From positions 23,560,001 to 23,624,000 of the forward strand of contig NC_091283.1 in assembly GCF_032444005.1 (NCBI RefSeq): a stretch of DNA of 64,000 nt, written 5' to 3'. The notes below the pieces were generated by a model. That model saw only the letters and a list, made by a program, of their open reading frames with translations, had not been told where the DNA came from and did not search any database. Shown here piece by piece: positions 12,540 through 26,315 of the stretch. This DNA is from Ranitomeya imitator. Lineage: Eukaryota. How positions within the stretch are numbered: position 1 is the first letter of the stretch; each line of letters opens with the position of its first letter. The position numbers and the translations under genes were made by a program.

Positions 12540-15500
12540 ATCAGGTGCAGTGTGGGGTATATGGAAGTGTGTGTATAGATCGGGGGTAGTGAGGGGTATA
12601 TGGCGCTGTGTGTATAGATCAGGTATAGTGTGGGGTATATGGCGCTGTGTGTTTACATCAGGTATAGTGTGGGGTATATGGCGGCTTTGTATAGATCGGG
12701 TGTAGTGTGGGGTATATGGCGAGTGTGTGTATAGATAAGGTGTAGTGTGGGATGTATGGCGGGTGTGTGTATAGCTCGGGTGCAGTGTGGGGTATATGGC
12801 GGGTGTGTGTATAGATCGGGTGTAGTGTGGGGTATATGGCGGGTGTGTGTAGATCAGGTGTAGTGTGAGGTATATGGCGGGTGTGTGTATAGATTGGGTG
12901 TAGTGTGGGGTATATGGCGGGTGTGTGTATAGATCGGGTGTAGTGTGGGGTATATGGCGGGTGTGTGTAGATCAGGTGTAGTGTGGGGTATATGGCGGGT
13001 GTGTGTATAGATCGGGTGTAGTGTGGGGTATATGGCGGGTGTGTGTAGATCAGGTGTAGTGTGGGGTATATGGCGAGTGTGTGTATAGATCGGGTGTAGT
13101 GTGGGGTATATGGCGGGTGTGTGTATAGATCGGGTGTAGTGTGAGGTATATGGCGGGTGTGTGTAGATCAGGTCTAGTGTGGGGTATATGGCGAGTGTGT
13201 GTATAGATAAGGTGCAGTGTGGGATGTATGGCGGGTGTGTGTATAGCTCGGGTGCAGTGTGGGGTATATGGCGGGTGTGTGTATAGATCGGGTGTAGTGT
13301 GGGGTATATGGGGGGTGTGTGTAGATCAGGTGTAGTGTGAGGTATATGGCGGGTGTGTGTATAGATCGGGTGTAGTGTGGGGTATATGGCGGGTGTGTGT
13401 ATAGATCGGGTGTAGTGTGGGGTATATGGCGGGTGTGTGTAGATCAGGTGTAGTGTGGGGTATATGGCGGGTGTGTGTATAGATCGGGTGTAGTGTGGGG
13501 TATATGGCGGGTGTGTGTAGATCAGGTGTAGTGTGGGGTATATGGCGAGTGTGTGTATAGATCGGGTGTAGTGTGGGGTATATGGCGGGTGTGTGTATAG
13601 ATCGGGTGTAGTGTGAGGTATATGGCGGGTGTGTGTAGATCAGGTGTAGTGTGAGGTATATGGCGGGTGTGTGTATAGATCGGGTGTAGTGTGGGGTATA
13701 TGGCGGGTGTGTGTAGATCAGGTGTAGTGTGGGGTATATGGCGAGTGTGTGTATAGATCGGGTGTAGTGTGGGGTATATGGCGGGTGTGTGTAGATCAGG
13801 TGTAGTGTGGGGTATATGGCGAGTGTGTGTATAGATCGGGTGTAGTGTGGGGTATATGGCGGGTGTGTGTATAGATTGGGTGTAGTGTGAGGTATATGGC
13901 GGGTGTGTGTAGATCAGGTGTAGTGTGAGGTATATGGCGGGTGTGTGTATAGATCGGGTGTAGTGTGGTATATGGCGGGTGTGTGTAGATCAGGTGTAGT
14001 GTGGGGTATATGGCGGGTGTGTGTAGATCAGGTGTAGTGTGGGGTATATGGCGGGTGTGTGTATAGATCGGGTGTAGTGTGGGGTATATGGCGAGTGTGT
14101 GTATAGATCGGGTGTAGTGTGAGGTGTATGGCGAGTGTGTGTGTATAGATCGGGTGCAGTGTGGGGTATATTGTGGGTGTGTGTATAGATCGGGTGTAGT
14201 GTGGGGTATATGGCGAGTGTGTGTATAGATCCGGTGCAGTGTGGGGTATATGGCGGGTGTGTGTATAGATCGGGTGTAGTGTGGGGTACATGGCGGGTGT
14301 GTGTGTAGATCCGGTGCAGTGTGGGGTATATGGCGGGTGTGTGTATAGATCGGGTGTAGTGTGGGGTACATGGCGGGTGTGTGTGTAGATCTGGTGTAGT
14401 GTGGGGTATATGGCGGTGTGTGTATAGATCGGGTGCAGTGTGGGGTATATGGCGAGTGTGTGTATAGATCGGGTGTAGCATGGGGTATATGGCGGGTGTG
14501 TGTATAGATCCGGTGCAGTGTGGGGTATATTGTGGGTGTGTGTATAGATCGGGTGTAGTGTGGGGTATATGGCGGGTGTGTGTAGATCAGGTGTAGTGTG
14601 GGGTATATGGCGAGTGTGTGTATAGATCGGGTGTAGTGTGGGGTATATGGCGGGTGTGTGTATAGATCGGGTGTAGTGTGGGGTATATGGCGGGTGTATG
14701 CATAGATCGGGTGTAGTGTGGGGTATATGGCGGGTGTATGTATAGATCTGGTGCAGTGTGGGGTATATTGTGGGTGTGTGTACCGATCAGGTGTAGTGTG
14801 CGGTATATGGTGGTGTGTGTATAAGTCGTGGGGTATATGGCGGCTTGTATAGATCGGGTGAAGTGTTGGGTATATGGTGAGTGTGTGTGTAGATCAGGTG
14901 TAGTGTGGGGTATATGGCGGGTATATGTATAGATCGGGTGTAGTGTGGGGTATTTTGTGGGTGTGTGTACCGATCAGGTGTAGTGTGCGGTATATGGTGG
15001 TGTGTGTATAAGTCGTGGGGTATATGGCGGCTTGTATAGATCGGGTGAAGTGTTGGGTATATGGTGAGTGTGTGTGTAGATCAGGTGTAGTGTGGGGTAT
15101 ATGGCGGGTGTGTGTATAGATCTCGTGCAGTGTGGGGTATATTGTGGGTGTGTGTACCGATCAGGTGTAGTGTGCGGTATGTGGTGGTGTGTGTATAAGT
15201 CGTGGGGTATATGGCGGCTTGTATAGATCGGGTGTAGTGTGCGGTATATGGTGGTCTGTGTATAGATCGGGTGCAGTATGGGGTATATAGTGGTGTGTGT
15301 GTATAAGTCGTGGGGTATATGGCGGTCTGTGTATAGATCGGGTGCAGTGTGGTGTGATCGGGTGGCGGTGTGTGCATAAGTCGTGGGGTATATGGCGGCT
15401 TGTATAGATCGGGTGTAGAGTGGGGTATATGGCGGTCTGTGTATAGATCGGGTGTAGTGTGGGGTATATGGCAGTCTGTGTATAGATCGGGTGCAGTGTG

Positions 15501-17150
15501 GGGTATATGGCGGTGTGTATAAGTCGTGGGGTATATGCCAGCTTGTATAGATCGGGTGTAGTGTGGGGTATATAGTGGTGTGTGTATAAGTCGTGGGGTA
15601 TATGGCGGCTTGTATAGATCGGGTGTAGTGTGCGGTATATGGTGGTCTGTGTATAGATCGGGTGCAGTATGGGGTATATAGTGGTGTGTGTATAAGTCGT
15701 GGGGCATATGGCGGTCTGTGTATAGATCGGGTGCAGTGTGGGGTATATGGCGGTGTGTGCATAAGTCATGGGGTATATGGCGGCTTGTATAGATCGGGTG
15801 TAGAGTGGGGTATATGGCGGTCTGTGTATAGATCGGGTGTAGTGTGGCGTATATGGCAGTCTGTGTATAGATCGGGTGTAGTGTGGGGTATATGGCGGTG
15901 TGTATAAGTCGTGGGGTATATGCCGGCTTGTATAGATCAGGTGTAGTGTGGGGTATATGGCGGTGTGTCTATAGATCCGGTGCAGTGTGGGGTTTATGGC
16001 AGTATATAAGTCGTGGGGTATATGGCGGCTTGTATACATCGGGTGCAGTGTGGGGTATATAGTGGTGTGTGTATAAGTCGTGGGGTATATGGCGGCTTGT
16101 ATAGATCAGGTGCAGTGTGGGGTATATGGCGGGTGTAGTGTGGGGTATATTGTGGGTGTGTGTATAGATCGGGTGTAGTGTGGGGTATATGGTGGTGTGT
16201 GTATAAGTCGTGGGGTATATGGCGGCTGGTATAGATCGGGTGTAGTGTGGGGTATATAGTGGTGTGCGTATAAGTCGTGGGGTATATGCCGGCTTGTATA
16301 GATCGGGTGTAGTGTGGGGTATATGGCGGTGTGTCTATAGATCCGGTGCAGTGTGGGGTTTATGGCAGTGTATAAGTCGTGGGGTATATGGCGGTCTGTG
16401 TATAGATCGGGTGTAGTGTGGGGTATATGGTGGTGTGTGTATAAGTCGTGGGGTATATGGCGGCTTGTATAGATCGGGTGTAGTGTGGGGTTTATGGCAG
16501 TGTATAAGTCGTGGGGTATATGGCGGCTTGTATAGATCGGGTGTAGTGTGGGGTATATAGTGGTGTGTGTATAAGTCGTGGGGTATATGGCGGCTTGTAT
16601 AGATCGGGTGTAGTGTGGGGTATATAGTGGTGTGTGTATAAGTCGTGGGGTATATGGCGGTCTGTGTATAGATCGGGTGTAGTGTGGGGTATATAGTGGT
16701 GTGTGTATAAGTCGGGTATATGGCGGCTTGTATAGATAGGGTGTAGTGTGGGGTATATAGTGGTGTGTGTATAAGTCGTGGGGTATATGGCGATCTGTGT
16801 ATAGATCGGGTGCAGTGTGGGGTATATAGTGGTGTGTGTATAAGTCGTGGGGTATATGGCGGCTTGTATAGATAGGGTGTAGTGTGGGGTATATGGTGGT
16901 GTGTGTATAAGTCGTGGGGTATATGGCGGCTTGTATAGATCGGGTGTAGTGTGGGGTTTATGGCAGTGTATAAGTCGTGGGGTATATGGCGGCTTGTATA
17001 GATCGGGTGTAGTGTGGGGTATATGGTGGTGTGTGTATAAGTCGTGGGGTATATGGCGGTCTGTGTATAGATCGGGTGCAGTGTGGGTTATATAGTGGTG
17101 TGTGTATAAGTCGTGGGGTATATGGCGGTCTGGTACAGATCGGGGCAGTG
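12540..17150. repeat. GT-rich minisatellite, 38-40 bp unit (gtatagatcgggtgtagtgtggggtatatggcgggtgtgt), in the 5'UTR intron of pglyrp1 copy A
   Basis: More than 100 tandem copies; a derived unit containing ataagtcgtgggg appears from about 14820. Confidence 0.96.
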
Positions 17151-17211
17151 CTGTATGTGGCAGTGGAACAGTTGCAGCGTTCTTGCTGTGGGTGCGATGT
17201 GTAGTCCTCAC

Positions 17212-17290
17212 CTGTTTCGGGCGCCGCACCTGGTGTCTTCTCGCTGCTCTCGGTATTTATTCCCTCCCTGGTGCTGGTGTTTATCAGGGT
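17212..17290 (-). promoter_or_regulatory. Putative promoter and non-coding first exon of pglyrp1 copy A
   Basis: Minus strand reads TGATAA (GATA), then AATAAATA, then a short exon ending CAG|GTGAGG at about 17212; same layout as the copy B promoter. Confidence 0.6.
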
Positions 17291-17399
17291 GACCTTGTAC
17301 TGAAGGATGGGGGGTGTATACAAGCCTGGAGTTTCTGTGTATTGATGGGGGGGTCATGCTGCATGCTATCATCCAGCCTGTGATAACGGAGCTCACACA

Positions 17400-18940
17400 T
17401 CAGGTGCACCACACTTATTTTCAGACTGTTCTTGGGTCTCCCCAGTTCCCGGTCCCTATAGGAGAATATGATCCTGTATATGAGGTTTTATGCTTCACGT
17501 TTGGTTCTGTTTGATCCAGAGACTAAAGCTGGAGCCGCAGACGTCCCCAGTCCACGTGGTGCAGGGTTATGGGTGATTGAGGCAATGTTCACCGTGTTCC
17601 TGCAGACGTTCAGCGGCTCCGTGGAGGTTTATGTCTGAACCTCCGTAAAATGGCATTCAGGCGTATGGACTGATGGGGCCAGTGACTGTAATGCTGCAGA
17701 CGTCTGGTATCACTGTCATTGGGGACCATAGATGTTAATGAGCCGGAGCTCTTGTCCCTGCATGAGGACACCTAAGATCGGGCACCTCCCCATCTCTAAC
17801 TCAATGACCCATCTGTAAAATGACCGCCACTCCACTATAATGTGCAAAAATGGCCAATCGGAGATCCCCCTCCAGTCATCTCCTGCCTTATACACTACAG
17901 ATGAATCTGGCAAACTGGTCTCCTGCAAAAATAAAATGTCCTCAGATGGTAAACAAAAATCAAAAACTTCAAATCTACCTGTATCGGACTTAATGCTGGA
18001 GACGTTACTGGATCATCAGCGGAGTGAGTGCCGCTCTCTAGACTGAAGAATCCTCCTTCTTTCTCCTATCCCCCTCCTGTCACCATCAGAGGAAGGACAG
18101 GACAGCATCTTCCCCAGATTCTGAGCCAGCCAAGCTCTCAAGGAAACCGACTCCCCTGAACTGTGGAACTTGGTGCCATCTGCTCCCTGCCACATCCAGA
18201 ACTTCGCCTCATCCTCCTCGTCAAATGAAGAGATGTTATGGACGGTTTGTAACCTGTTGAGAAAGATGAATCATGGGAGAAGAGGTTCAACCTTCTTATA
18301 TTCCAGAGCTAAGGGTAAGGGAAGATCTTTTATCTCTCCTGTTTTCATTTCCACATTCTGCTCCTCCATCTCCTAACGTCCTCATCCATACTTTCATAAG
18401 GAGAATTCGGCCTTGTCCTCCTTCATTCTCCTGACCTCCTCATTCAAGTCCTCCATAGTTCTCAAGATGCATTAACTTCGAGTGTGTCTTGTTTTTCCAC
18501 TTCTTCCTCTGCCGCTCCATTACTTGTCCACAACCATCGGAAAGAACTTCCTGGTCCAGCGACTGAACGGGTGTCCAGGCTCTCACACAAGTGACCAAAA
18601 CCCCTCATGTTACACGCACTCCTGCACACAATGGCACTAACATGAGTTGGATCACCACTCATACGGCAGAGCTTCTATTGATCCCGTCCCTTCCCAGAAA
18701 TGCTGATGAGGGGATGTGGTGGACAAACCTATCAGAATCTTTTATCATCATCATGAAGTGCCAGGCCCCCGACCTGATACCTTATCCTGGTTCTGTTTTT
18801 GGGACCTCTACTTCTTCTCTAGGCCATTCCTGCATCTTCAACCACAGAGGTTTCCCATGAACCAAAAAGACAAAGATGATGATTAATTCCCTGAGGCTCC
18901 ATTTACCGGACCATGGGGTCATGGAAGAAAGTGACCTGAT
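17400..18940 (-). mobile_element. Decayed Tx1/L1-clade LINE fragments (ORF1 pieces and endonuclease N-terminus)
   Basis: Minus ORF 17716..17928 has (L)QETSL and LINIYGPQ motifs of APE endonucleases; many stops and frameshifts. Confidence 0.55.
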
Positions 18941-19272
18941 GAGTCTCATTTTCTTTTTTTTTTAAACCTCATTTTTATTGAAATGTTTGAAAAATACAAT
19001 AACATAAAAGATTGTATGAAAAAAAACAGATGTCCGTACGCAGACAAGCCAGATAATGCAGACTTTAAGCGAGTGAGGCTGGCATGGAGTAAAACATAGA
19101 AATTAAAATGAAAACCTTAAACATCAACTATTTAATTAAGTGACCCAGCTAACATTAAGCTTTATTAAACACCATCATAAAAAGACTGTTATATTGTAAT
19201 TATACATCCAGACCTGGACATATCCCCCCAACCCTAACTCAGCCGTAGTAACTCCAGGATGTTTTTTAGATC

Positions 19273-20720
19273 CTCTACACCATGTTCCAAATTATTATGC
19301 AAATGACAATTTTCGCGGAGTTTCCTAAATGGTCGGTGCAAATGACAGTCCGTCCAATAAACGTGATCACCGTTAGATTATACATCGAATTGTATTGAAG
19401 AAACCTCCCAATGATAATAACCGTATAATCTCCAAAAAGAATAAAAACTCACAGTGCATTGTTCCAAATTATTAGGCACAGTAGAATTTCTATACATTTG
19501 ATGTGTTTTAAAGAACTGAAAATGGTCATTTGTGGAATTTACAGCATTAGGAGGTCACATTCACTGAACAAAAAAGCTATTTAACTCCAAAACATCCTAA
19601 CAGGCCAAGTTACATGTTAACATAGGACCCCTTCTTTGATGTCACCTTCACAATTCTGGCATCCATTGAACTTGTGAGTTTTTGGAGAGTTTCTGCTTGT
19701 ATTTCTTCCCTCCCAGAGCCGGTGTTTTGATGTGAACGGCCTCCCACCCTCATAGATCTTTTGCTTGATGATCCTCCAAAGGTTCTCTATAGGGTTGAGG
19801 TCAGAGGAAGATGGTGGCCGCACCATGAGTTCATCTCCTTTTATGCCCATAGCAGCCAATGACTCAGAGGTTTCTTTGCAGCATGAGATGGGGCATTGTC
19901 AGCATGAAGATGATTTTGCTCCTGAAGGCACGTTTCTGCTTTTTAGACCATGGAAGAAAGTTGTCAGTCAGAAACTCTATATACTTTGCAGAGGTCATTT
20001 TCACACCTTCAGGAACCTTAAAGGGCCCTACCAGCTGTTTCCCAATGATTCCGGCCCAAATCATGACTCCTCCACCTCCTTGCTGACGTCGCAGTCTTGT
20101 TGGGACATGGTGGCCATCCACCAACCATCCACTACTCCATCCATCTGGACCATCCAGGGTTGCTCGACACTCATCAGTAAACAAGACTGTTTGAAAATTA
20201 GTCTTCATGTATGTCTGGGCCCAATGCAACCGTTTCTGCTTGTGAACACTGTTTAGTGGTGGCCGAATAGTAGGTTTATGCACCACAGCAAGCCTTTGAA
20301 GGATCCTACACCTTGAGGTTCGAGGGACTCCAGAGGCACCAGCAGCTTCAAATAACTGTTTGCTGCTTTGTAATGGTATTTAGGCAACTGCTCTCTTAAT
20401 CCAATTAATTTGGCAGAAACCTTCCTCATTATGCCTTTATCTGCACGAACACATCTGTGCTCAGAATCAGTCACAAATCTCTTCACAGTATGATGATCAC
20501 TCTTAAGTTTTTGTGAAATCTCTAATGTTTTCATCCCTTGTTCAAGGCATTGCACTATTTGATGCTTTTCAGCAGCAGAGAGATATTTTTTCTTTCCCAT
20601 ATTGCTTTAAAACTGTGGCCTGCTTAATAATGTGGAACATCATTTTTAAGTAGTTTTCCTTTAATTAGAATCACCTGGAAAACTAATTATCACGTGTTTA
20701 AGATTGATTTCAGTGATCCA
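19273..20720 (-). mobile_element. Tc1/mariner transposon with frameshifted transposase; one TIR lost
   Basis: ORFs 20253..20600, 19864..20286 and 19617..19859 give HTH, VLFTDE and SSDLNPIENLW motifs; TGTTCCAAATTATTA repeated at about 19280 and 19459 (IR/DR end). Confidence 0.9.
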
Positions 20721-22189
20721 TCCTCTTTTCCCCCAAAGAGCCACAATGAAACTATTCCCCAAAATGAAAATGATGCGGGGCAAGACCAAAGGCCATGCAT
20801 GAGATCAGAATTAGGTGACATTTAGGACACGCTGTTAGTGTGTTTGATAGAGGATCAATGTGGGTATACTGTAAGCTTAGATGGCCCCATGCATCATTTT
20901 ATATTGGATTTCTCTCCACACTTCATTTATCATGTGTCTCCTGAACACGCTCCATCCTGCCCTGATCTTACTATGAATCTCCACACCGTCCAACTGTTGT
21001 CTCCAATATTTAAAAAAAAAAATTCCAGGATGCAACCCCAATAAATTGGACCTCATTACAGAGTACAGAACCGATATTGAGGGAGTACCCAACGGAGATA
21101 ACAGAATGACATCCAACTTCTTCTGGGCAACCTCAAAGGTAACGTCCCTCAAGTTGACCACAATGGAGAGTTTGATTTGGTCAAACTGAAAATAATGTTG
21201 GAGAGGTAGATGATACTTCTCCAGACATTCTGAGGATGTCAGGCATCTCTGCTCATCTGGGCGAAGAAGGTGCGAGATGTTATCTACCCCTGCCTGCTGC
21301 CATCTTAAGAAAAATACCTTGAGGGAATTCAGGACTATGCCGTAGAGGAAGGTGTTTTGAGACTCTACATGATAGGCCAAATTTTATCCTTACTGCCTTC
21401 CAAGTGGAGATAGTATCCCTAAAAATAATCCTGGGGGTATCGAGGCGAACCGGGAATGGAGAAGGGCTATTAAGTTAAATGGATCGGCATAGTCAGATTC
21501 CAGCGTGTGATCAGACTACGTGTGTCTCTTGTGGAGCCAGTCTATTATATAGCGGGGTAGGCAGGCTAGATTATAGGTTCTAATGCTTGGACAATTATAT
21601 CTCTGTTGTTCTTAGACGCCATGAGCTTGCACAGACTAATCCGAGGACGTTTTCCCCTCCATATAAAGTGGCTGAAGGCCCTATTGAGTATGGTGATGTT
21701 GGCGCGTTTCAGGAGTGGTGGTAAGGTTTGGGTTAGTACATGACTCTGGCTGTGCCGATCATTTTCACCAAGTATGCCCTCCCCATAAAGGATAAAGGTA
21801 AATCCTGCCATGCCTTTTGCTGAGTAGTAATTTTTTTAATAAGAGGGGGATAATGTTGGGTGTATAGAGATGTTGGTAATCGGCCTATTATTATTCCCAG
21901 ATAAGTGATATACGATGGAGCTAATGTTATACCTCCCAAGGACCTAGTTGAGTAAAGTTTTACTCCCCTCTCAGTTAGTGGAAGTATTTAGCTTTTTTTT
22001 TTCATTAATTTTGAAACCAGAATAAGAACCAAAACTTTTAAGTAAGTCAAGCACTATAGGCAAATATTGAGAAGGATCGAACATAAATAGAATGACGTCA
22101 TCCGCAAAAAAAGGCACCGGAATTGATTTCTTATTAATTTGGATTCCACAAAAAGTGTTCGGATCTCATAAAATGCGGACTAAGGGATC

Positions 22190-22390
22190 CGGCGCTAAGT
22201 TGGGCCGGTTTCACATTTGCGTTTGTGTGTGCAGCGTAGGCCTGCGTACCTTCTTTCCTGAAGATCTGCATAGATCCGCGTGCGTCTTGCGTACCTATAT
22301 TTAACATTGTGTACGCCGGGACGTGCGTTGTATGCGGATGGTCCCCGTGCGTCGTGTTGACTGCCGAACACAACATGTCGGTGACCTCTT
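22190..22390. mobile_element. MITE fragment
   Basis: GGCCGGTTTCACA end shared with the MITE at 55282; non-coding. Confidence 0.45.
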
Positions 22391-23754
22391 CCAAGGTGGT
22401 TTATTCAGTATAATCTTTTGTTCTGTGATAGAGGAGGTTTCTGAAGAGGAGGGCGCCTGTTCCGCATCTTTATATAAGGAACCAAAATATCATTGATTGT
22501 TTTTGGGTTAGTGGGAACTTCTCCCTTCGTATTTTTTAGCTGGAAGATTCCCTCCTGTGGTTTTCTCACCCCCTTTAACCAAATTACCCATCATTCACCC
22601 CGATTTATTTCCAAATCTATAAAAAAAAAAGCTTCTGATGTAGATAAAAAAAAATTTTTTCCTACAAATCTGCATCTCGGTTAAATTCTGTTTTGTTTTT
22701 CTGTCCAGAGGTTTTTTTTATTTATGAGGGACGGGTCGAGTACGAATTTTTGGTCTAAGTTTGTTTTCATTCATTAGATAGTTCGCCATATTTCTTCAGA
22801 ACTTTTTTTTTATGGGTGAAAGTATACGCCAAAATTTCCCCCCCGAAGTACCGCCTTAGCCGACCCCCATAATAGCATAGGGTCATCCTGATGGGCCGAG
22901 TTATCTGACAGGAATTCATGCCGCCATAGTTTGAGAGAGAAAATGAAAGAGTCAACTTTGCAGAAATAGTTCGGGAATCTCCGCAAGAAGTCCGAAGCCC
23001 GAGGGAAAGCTCCTGATAATTCCATGATGATGAGGGTGATGTGAAATAGCGATGTTATGGATCTTTACAGTGACTAGTTTGGCTAACAATGAGGGGAGAC
23101 TAAAAGATAATCTATCGGAGGCCAGGAGCCATCATATTCTCTGTTGCTGGGGTTTAGGAATCTCCAAGAATCAGTTAGTTGACAATTCGCCGACAGAGGC
23201 CGGAGCACCTTGTCCTGAGTCTCCAACTGTTTAGAGAAGGATTTGTTCCCCACATTAGGGGCATAGATACTGTAGACGGAAAAGACCCCACTTGGCGTGG
23301 ACCTTGTTCGGTGGATCAGCCTACCCTCACTATCTGTTGGCTAATGATCTGGTGTGTGAAATGCTTATTAATTAGGACTTGTTGGCCCGTGCAAAATTTT
23401 CACACATTGATTGTCGGGGGCGCAGGCAATGGCAGGAAAATCAAGCTGGTCAAATGTTAATGTATTTAATGAGATGATGAACACACAGAGGTGTTTATAT
23501 ATGTAGTCTGGTAATACAATAAGCTGGTTTGATAAGTAGAGGCTAAAAAAAGTCTTGAGGTTGTGGTGCCACCTACAGGTTATTGTTTTTTTCTGCAGGT
23601 TTCTGAAAATGAATGTTTAAACTGTATTTATTGATCAAATCGTGGATGTGTGGTTTGTTTGTGTCTTTTCTTGCTGAAGGGGGCAAGTTTACTTTTCAAA
23701 TGGTGTATAATTTGTGTGTGGGGCGAAGTAATCACCGAAAAAGCAGTGCATGTT

Positions 23755-25136
23755 TACTAGTGATGAGCGAGTGTACTCGTTGCTTGAGTTTTCCCGAGCA
23801 CGCTCGGGTGGTCTCTGAGTATTTGTTAGTGTTCGGAGATTTAGTTTTCATCGCTGCAGCTGAATGATTTACAGCTACTAGCCAGGCTGAGTACATGTGG
23901 GGGTTTCCTGTTTGCTAGGGAATCCCCACATGTATTCATATGGGAGGCGCCGCAGCGGACCAGAGACGCCCATCCGACCTAACCAGCAGCGGGACCGCCC
24001 CTGGGTGAGTATAATATAACGTCTTTTTCTCCTCTTTCAGGTAACATCGGGGGCTTATCTACAGCATTACAGAATGCATTACAGAATGCTGTAGATAAGC
24101 CCCTGATACCGGTGGGCTTACCTCACCCGCGATTTTCGGGGTGACAGGTTCCCTTTAATGAACAATATGTTTCATTTAAAAAAAAAATGGCGTGGGCTCC
24201 GGCACAATTTTCTGTGCCAGAGGGGGAAAGTCGATGGCCAGGGGCGAATATTTGTAGCCTGGGAAGGGGATAATATCCATGGCCCCTCTATAGGCTATGA
24301 AAATCAGCCCGCAGCTGTCTGCGTAGCCTTTACTGGCTATTAAAATAGGGGTCCCCCTATATTTTATAGCCAGAAAGGCTACGCAGACAGCTGCGGGCTG
24401 ATATTCATAGCCTAGAGAGGGGCCAAGGATATTGCCCCCCCCCCCTCCTGGCTACAAATACCAGTCCGCAGCCGCCCCAGAACTGGCGCATCTCTAAGAT
24501 GCACCAATTCTGTCACTTAGCCCCTCTCTTCCCACTCCCATGTAGCTGTGGGATATGGGGTAATAAGGGGTTAATGTCACCTTTGTATTGTAAGGTGACA
24601 TTAATCCCGGTTAATAATGGAAAGGCGTCAATAAGACACCTATCCATCACTAATCCTATAGTAGTGAAAGGGTTAAAATAAAGATGCAGCCAGAAAAAAG
24701 TATTTTAATATTCTTAATTTCACCATACTTACAACCACGCCAAATTCCTGCGACGCCCTCGATCGCTTGCAAAAAGTAAAAAATAAATAGTGATGAGGGA
24801 GTATACAGCAGCCTGCGCAGACCCCTGGGCAGGCCCACGCAGACCCCCCAACAAGCCTGCACAGGCTCACACAGACGCCAGACAGGCCCGCACAGCCCCC
24901 TGGACAGGCCCGCACAGCCCCCACACAGGCCTGCAGACCCCCGGACAGCCTGCAGATGCCCCGCCCACAGCCCCCAACCCCGCCCACAGCCCAATCACTC
25001 TTGATGAGTGACCGCTGTCTGTGTCAGGAAATTGACGTGATGTCGGCGGATATTAGCGGCGGCTGCAGCCTGGGGGTCACGTGACCCGGGGGGATACATT
25101 GGGGGATTAATTGAAAGTAGTGGACAACCCCTTTAA
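23755..25136. mobile_element. Composite of non-autonomous DNA-transposon/MITE pieces
   Basis: Internal palindromes (gggcttatctacagc...gctgtagataagccc), C-rich short repeats and a GGACAACCCCTTTAA terminus resembling TTAA-type MITEs. Confidence 0.45.
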
Positions 25137-25175
25137 GCGTTTTAAATGTCTAAGAATTTTCGAAAAATATTTAGA

Positions 25176-25690
25176 ATTGAGAGTCCTCGTGGTTGATACC
25201 TTTTAATGGCTGAAAAGATGGTAACAAATTGCAGCTTTCTCTTAAGACCTCTTTAGGGTATGTACACACGTCCGGAAAGTATGCAGAAATTTCCTGAGAA
25301 AATCCTGAGGTTTTCCGCAGGAATTCTGCAGGTGTTTTTGTTGCGTATTTTGTGCAGATTTTTAGTGTTGTTTTTTTTCCGGAGGTTCCCAATGCAATAA
25401 TATAGTGGGAAATCCGCTTAAAATCCGCAAAATTAATGAACATGCTGCGTATTTTTCCGCATGCGTTTTTTTCGCAGAAAAAATACTCAACATGTGCACA
25501 AAAATTGCGGAAACCATTACAAATGATGGGATGCTTATGTATGTGTTTTTAAGCGTTTTGGTTGCGAAAAAACGCACAAAAATTCCGCAAATAATCTGGA
25601 ACGTGTCTTGAAAGCTGCAATTTGTCACCATCTTTTCAGTTCGCCATTAAAAGGCATCAACCACTGAGGATTCTCAATTCTAAATATTTT
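25176..25690. repeat. Inverted repeat arms (about 25176-25240 and 25610-25680) enclosing a MITE (about 25255-25605)
   Basis: gaattgagagtcctc...gcagctttc is mirrored by gaaagctgcaattt...gattctcaattc; the centre starts tagggtatgtacacacg like the MITEs at 48664 and 54370. Confidence 0.7.
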
Positions 25691-26315
25691 TCTATCTACA
25701 GGCGAACACGGTACCAAGATATTTATCTTTCCTGTAGGAGAATTTTCATACATTTTTGGGGAGATTTCAAACCCTTATCATCCCATGACACAATGAACCT
25801 ACCCAGGACTAGAATGGAAATCTGGTAATATAGTTACAGGGCGATGGCGGCACGTAGCCGTGGTTAGCCGCAGGACGATGAGTCGCGTTTTCATCATGTA
25901 GATGGCCGGATGCAGTATGGGAAGGACACAAGTGAGCGAGGGCAGCGTGACGGCGTAATATGCAATATTTTGCAGTGTGATGGCGCAATCATTGTTCTGC
26001 TGGCATCTAGTGGCGGTGACGTCACCACCTAATCATCGTACAGTCCCCAATTCATGAATGAGGAGCATGACGGAAAGGTCAAAGCGATGAATTGTCCCCA
26101 AACTCCCAGCTCTCAATCTGATCAATCATCTGTGGATGTTCCGGAAAAAACAAGTGAAGGAGGTTGGAGAGAGCGGGACACGGCAGACAAGAGCAGCGCC
26201 CCAGTACACGTAGTGCCCACTACGCCGGCATCCTGGGATAATGATTAAGACCGTTTTCAAGATTAAATTCCGCCCTATAATCATTTGTGCCTCCATCTTT
26301 ACCCACGACACATAA

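Larger units (their letters stand above)
18948..23700 (-). mobile_element. Decayed L1-clade LINE (ORF2 pieces, 3' UTR and poly-A), interrupted by a Tc1 and MITEs
   Basis: Poly-T run and TTTATT at about 18948-18980; CPKC...HGLWSC zinc knuckle near 20790-20835; YLGI, LPLSFMGR, FIWRGKRPRI and LWGSAKAVLRG motifs in minus ORFs. Whether all pieces belong to one element is inferred. Confidence 0.6.

Noticed and set aside
13796-17229. His/Pro/Thr/Tyr-rich ORFs of up to 292 aa
   Set aside because: Translations of the GT-rich minisatellite.
26000-26016. CTCF-like CCACTAGATGCCA on the minus strand
   Set aside because: Single copy with a mismatch at a key G; too weak to call without data.
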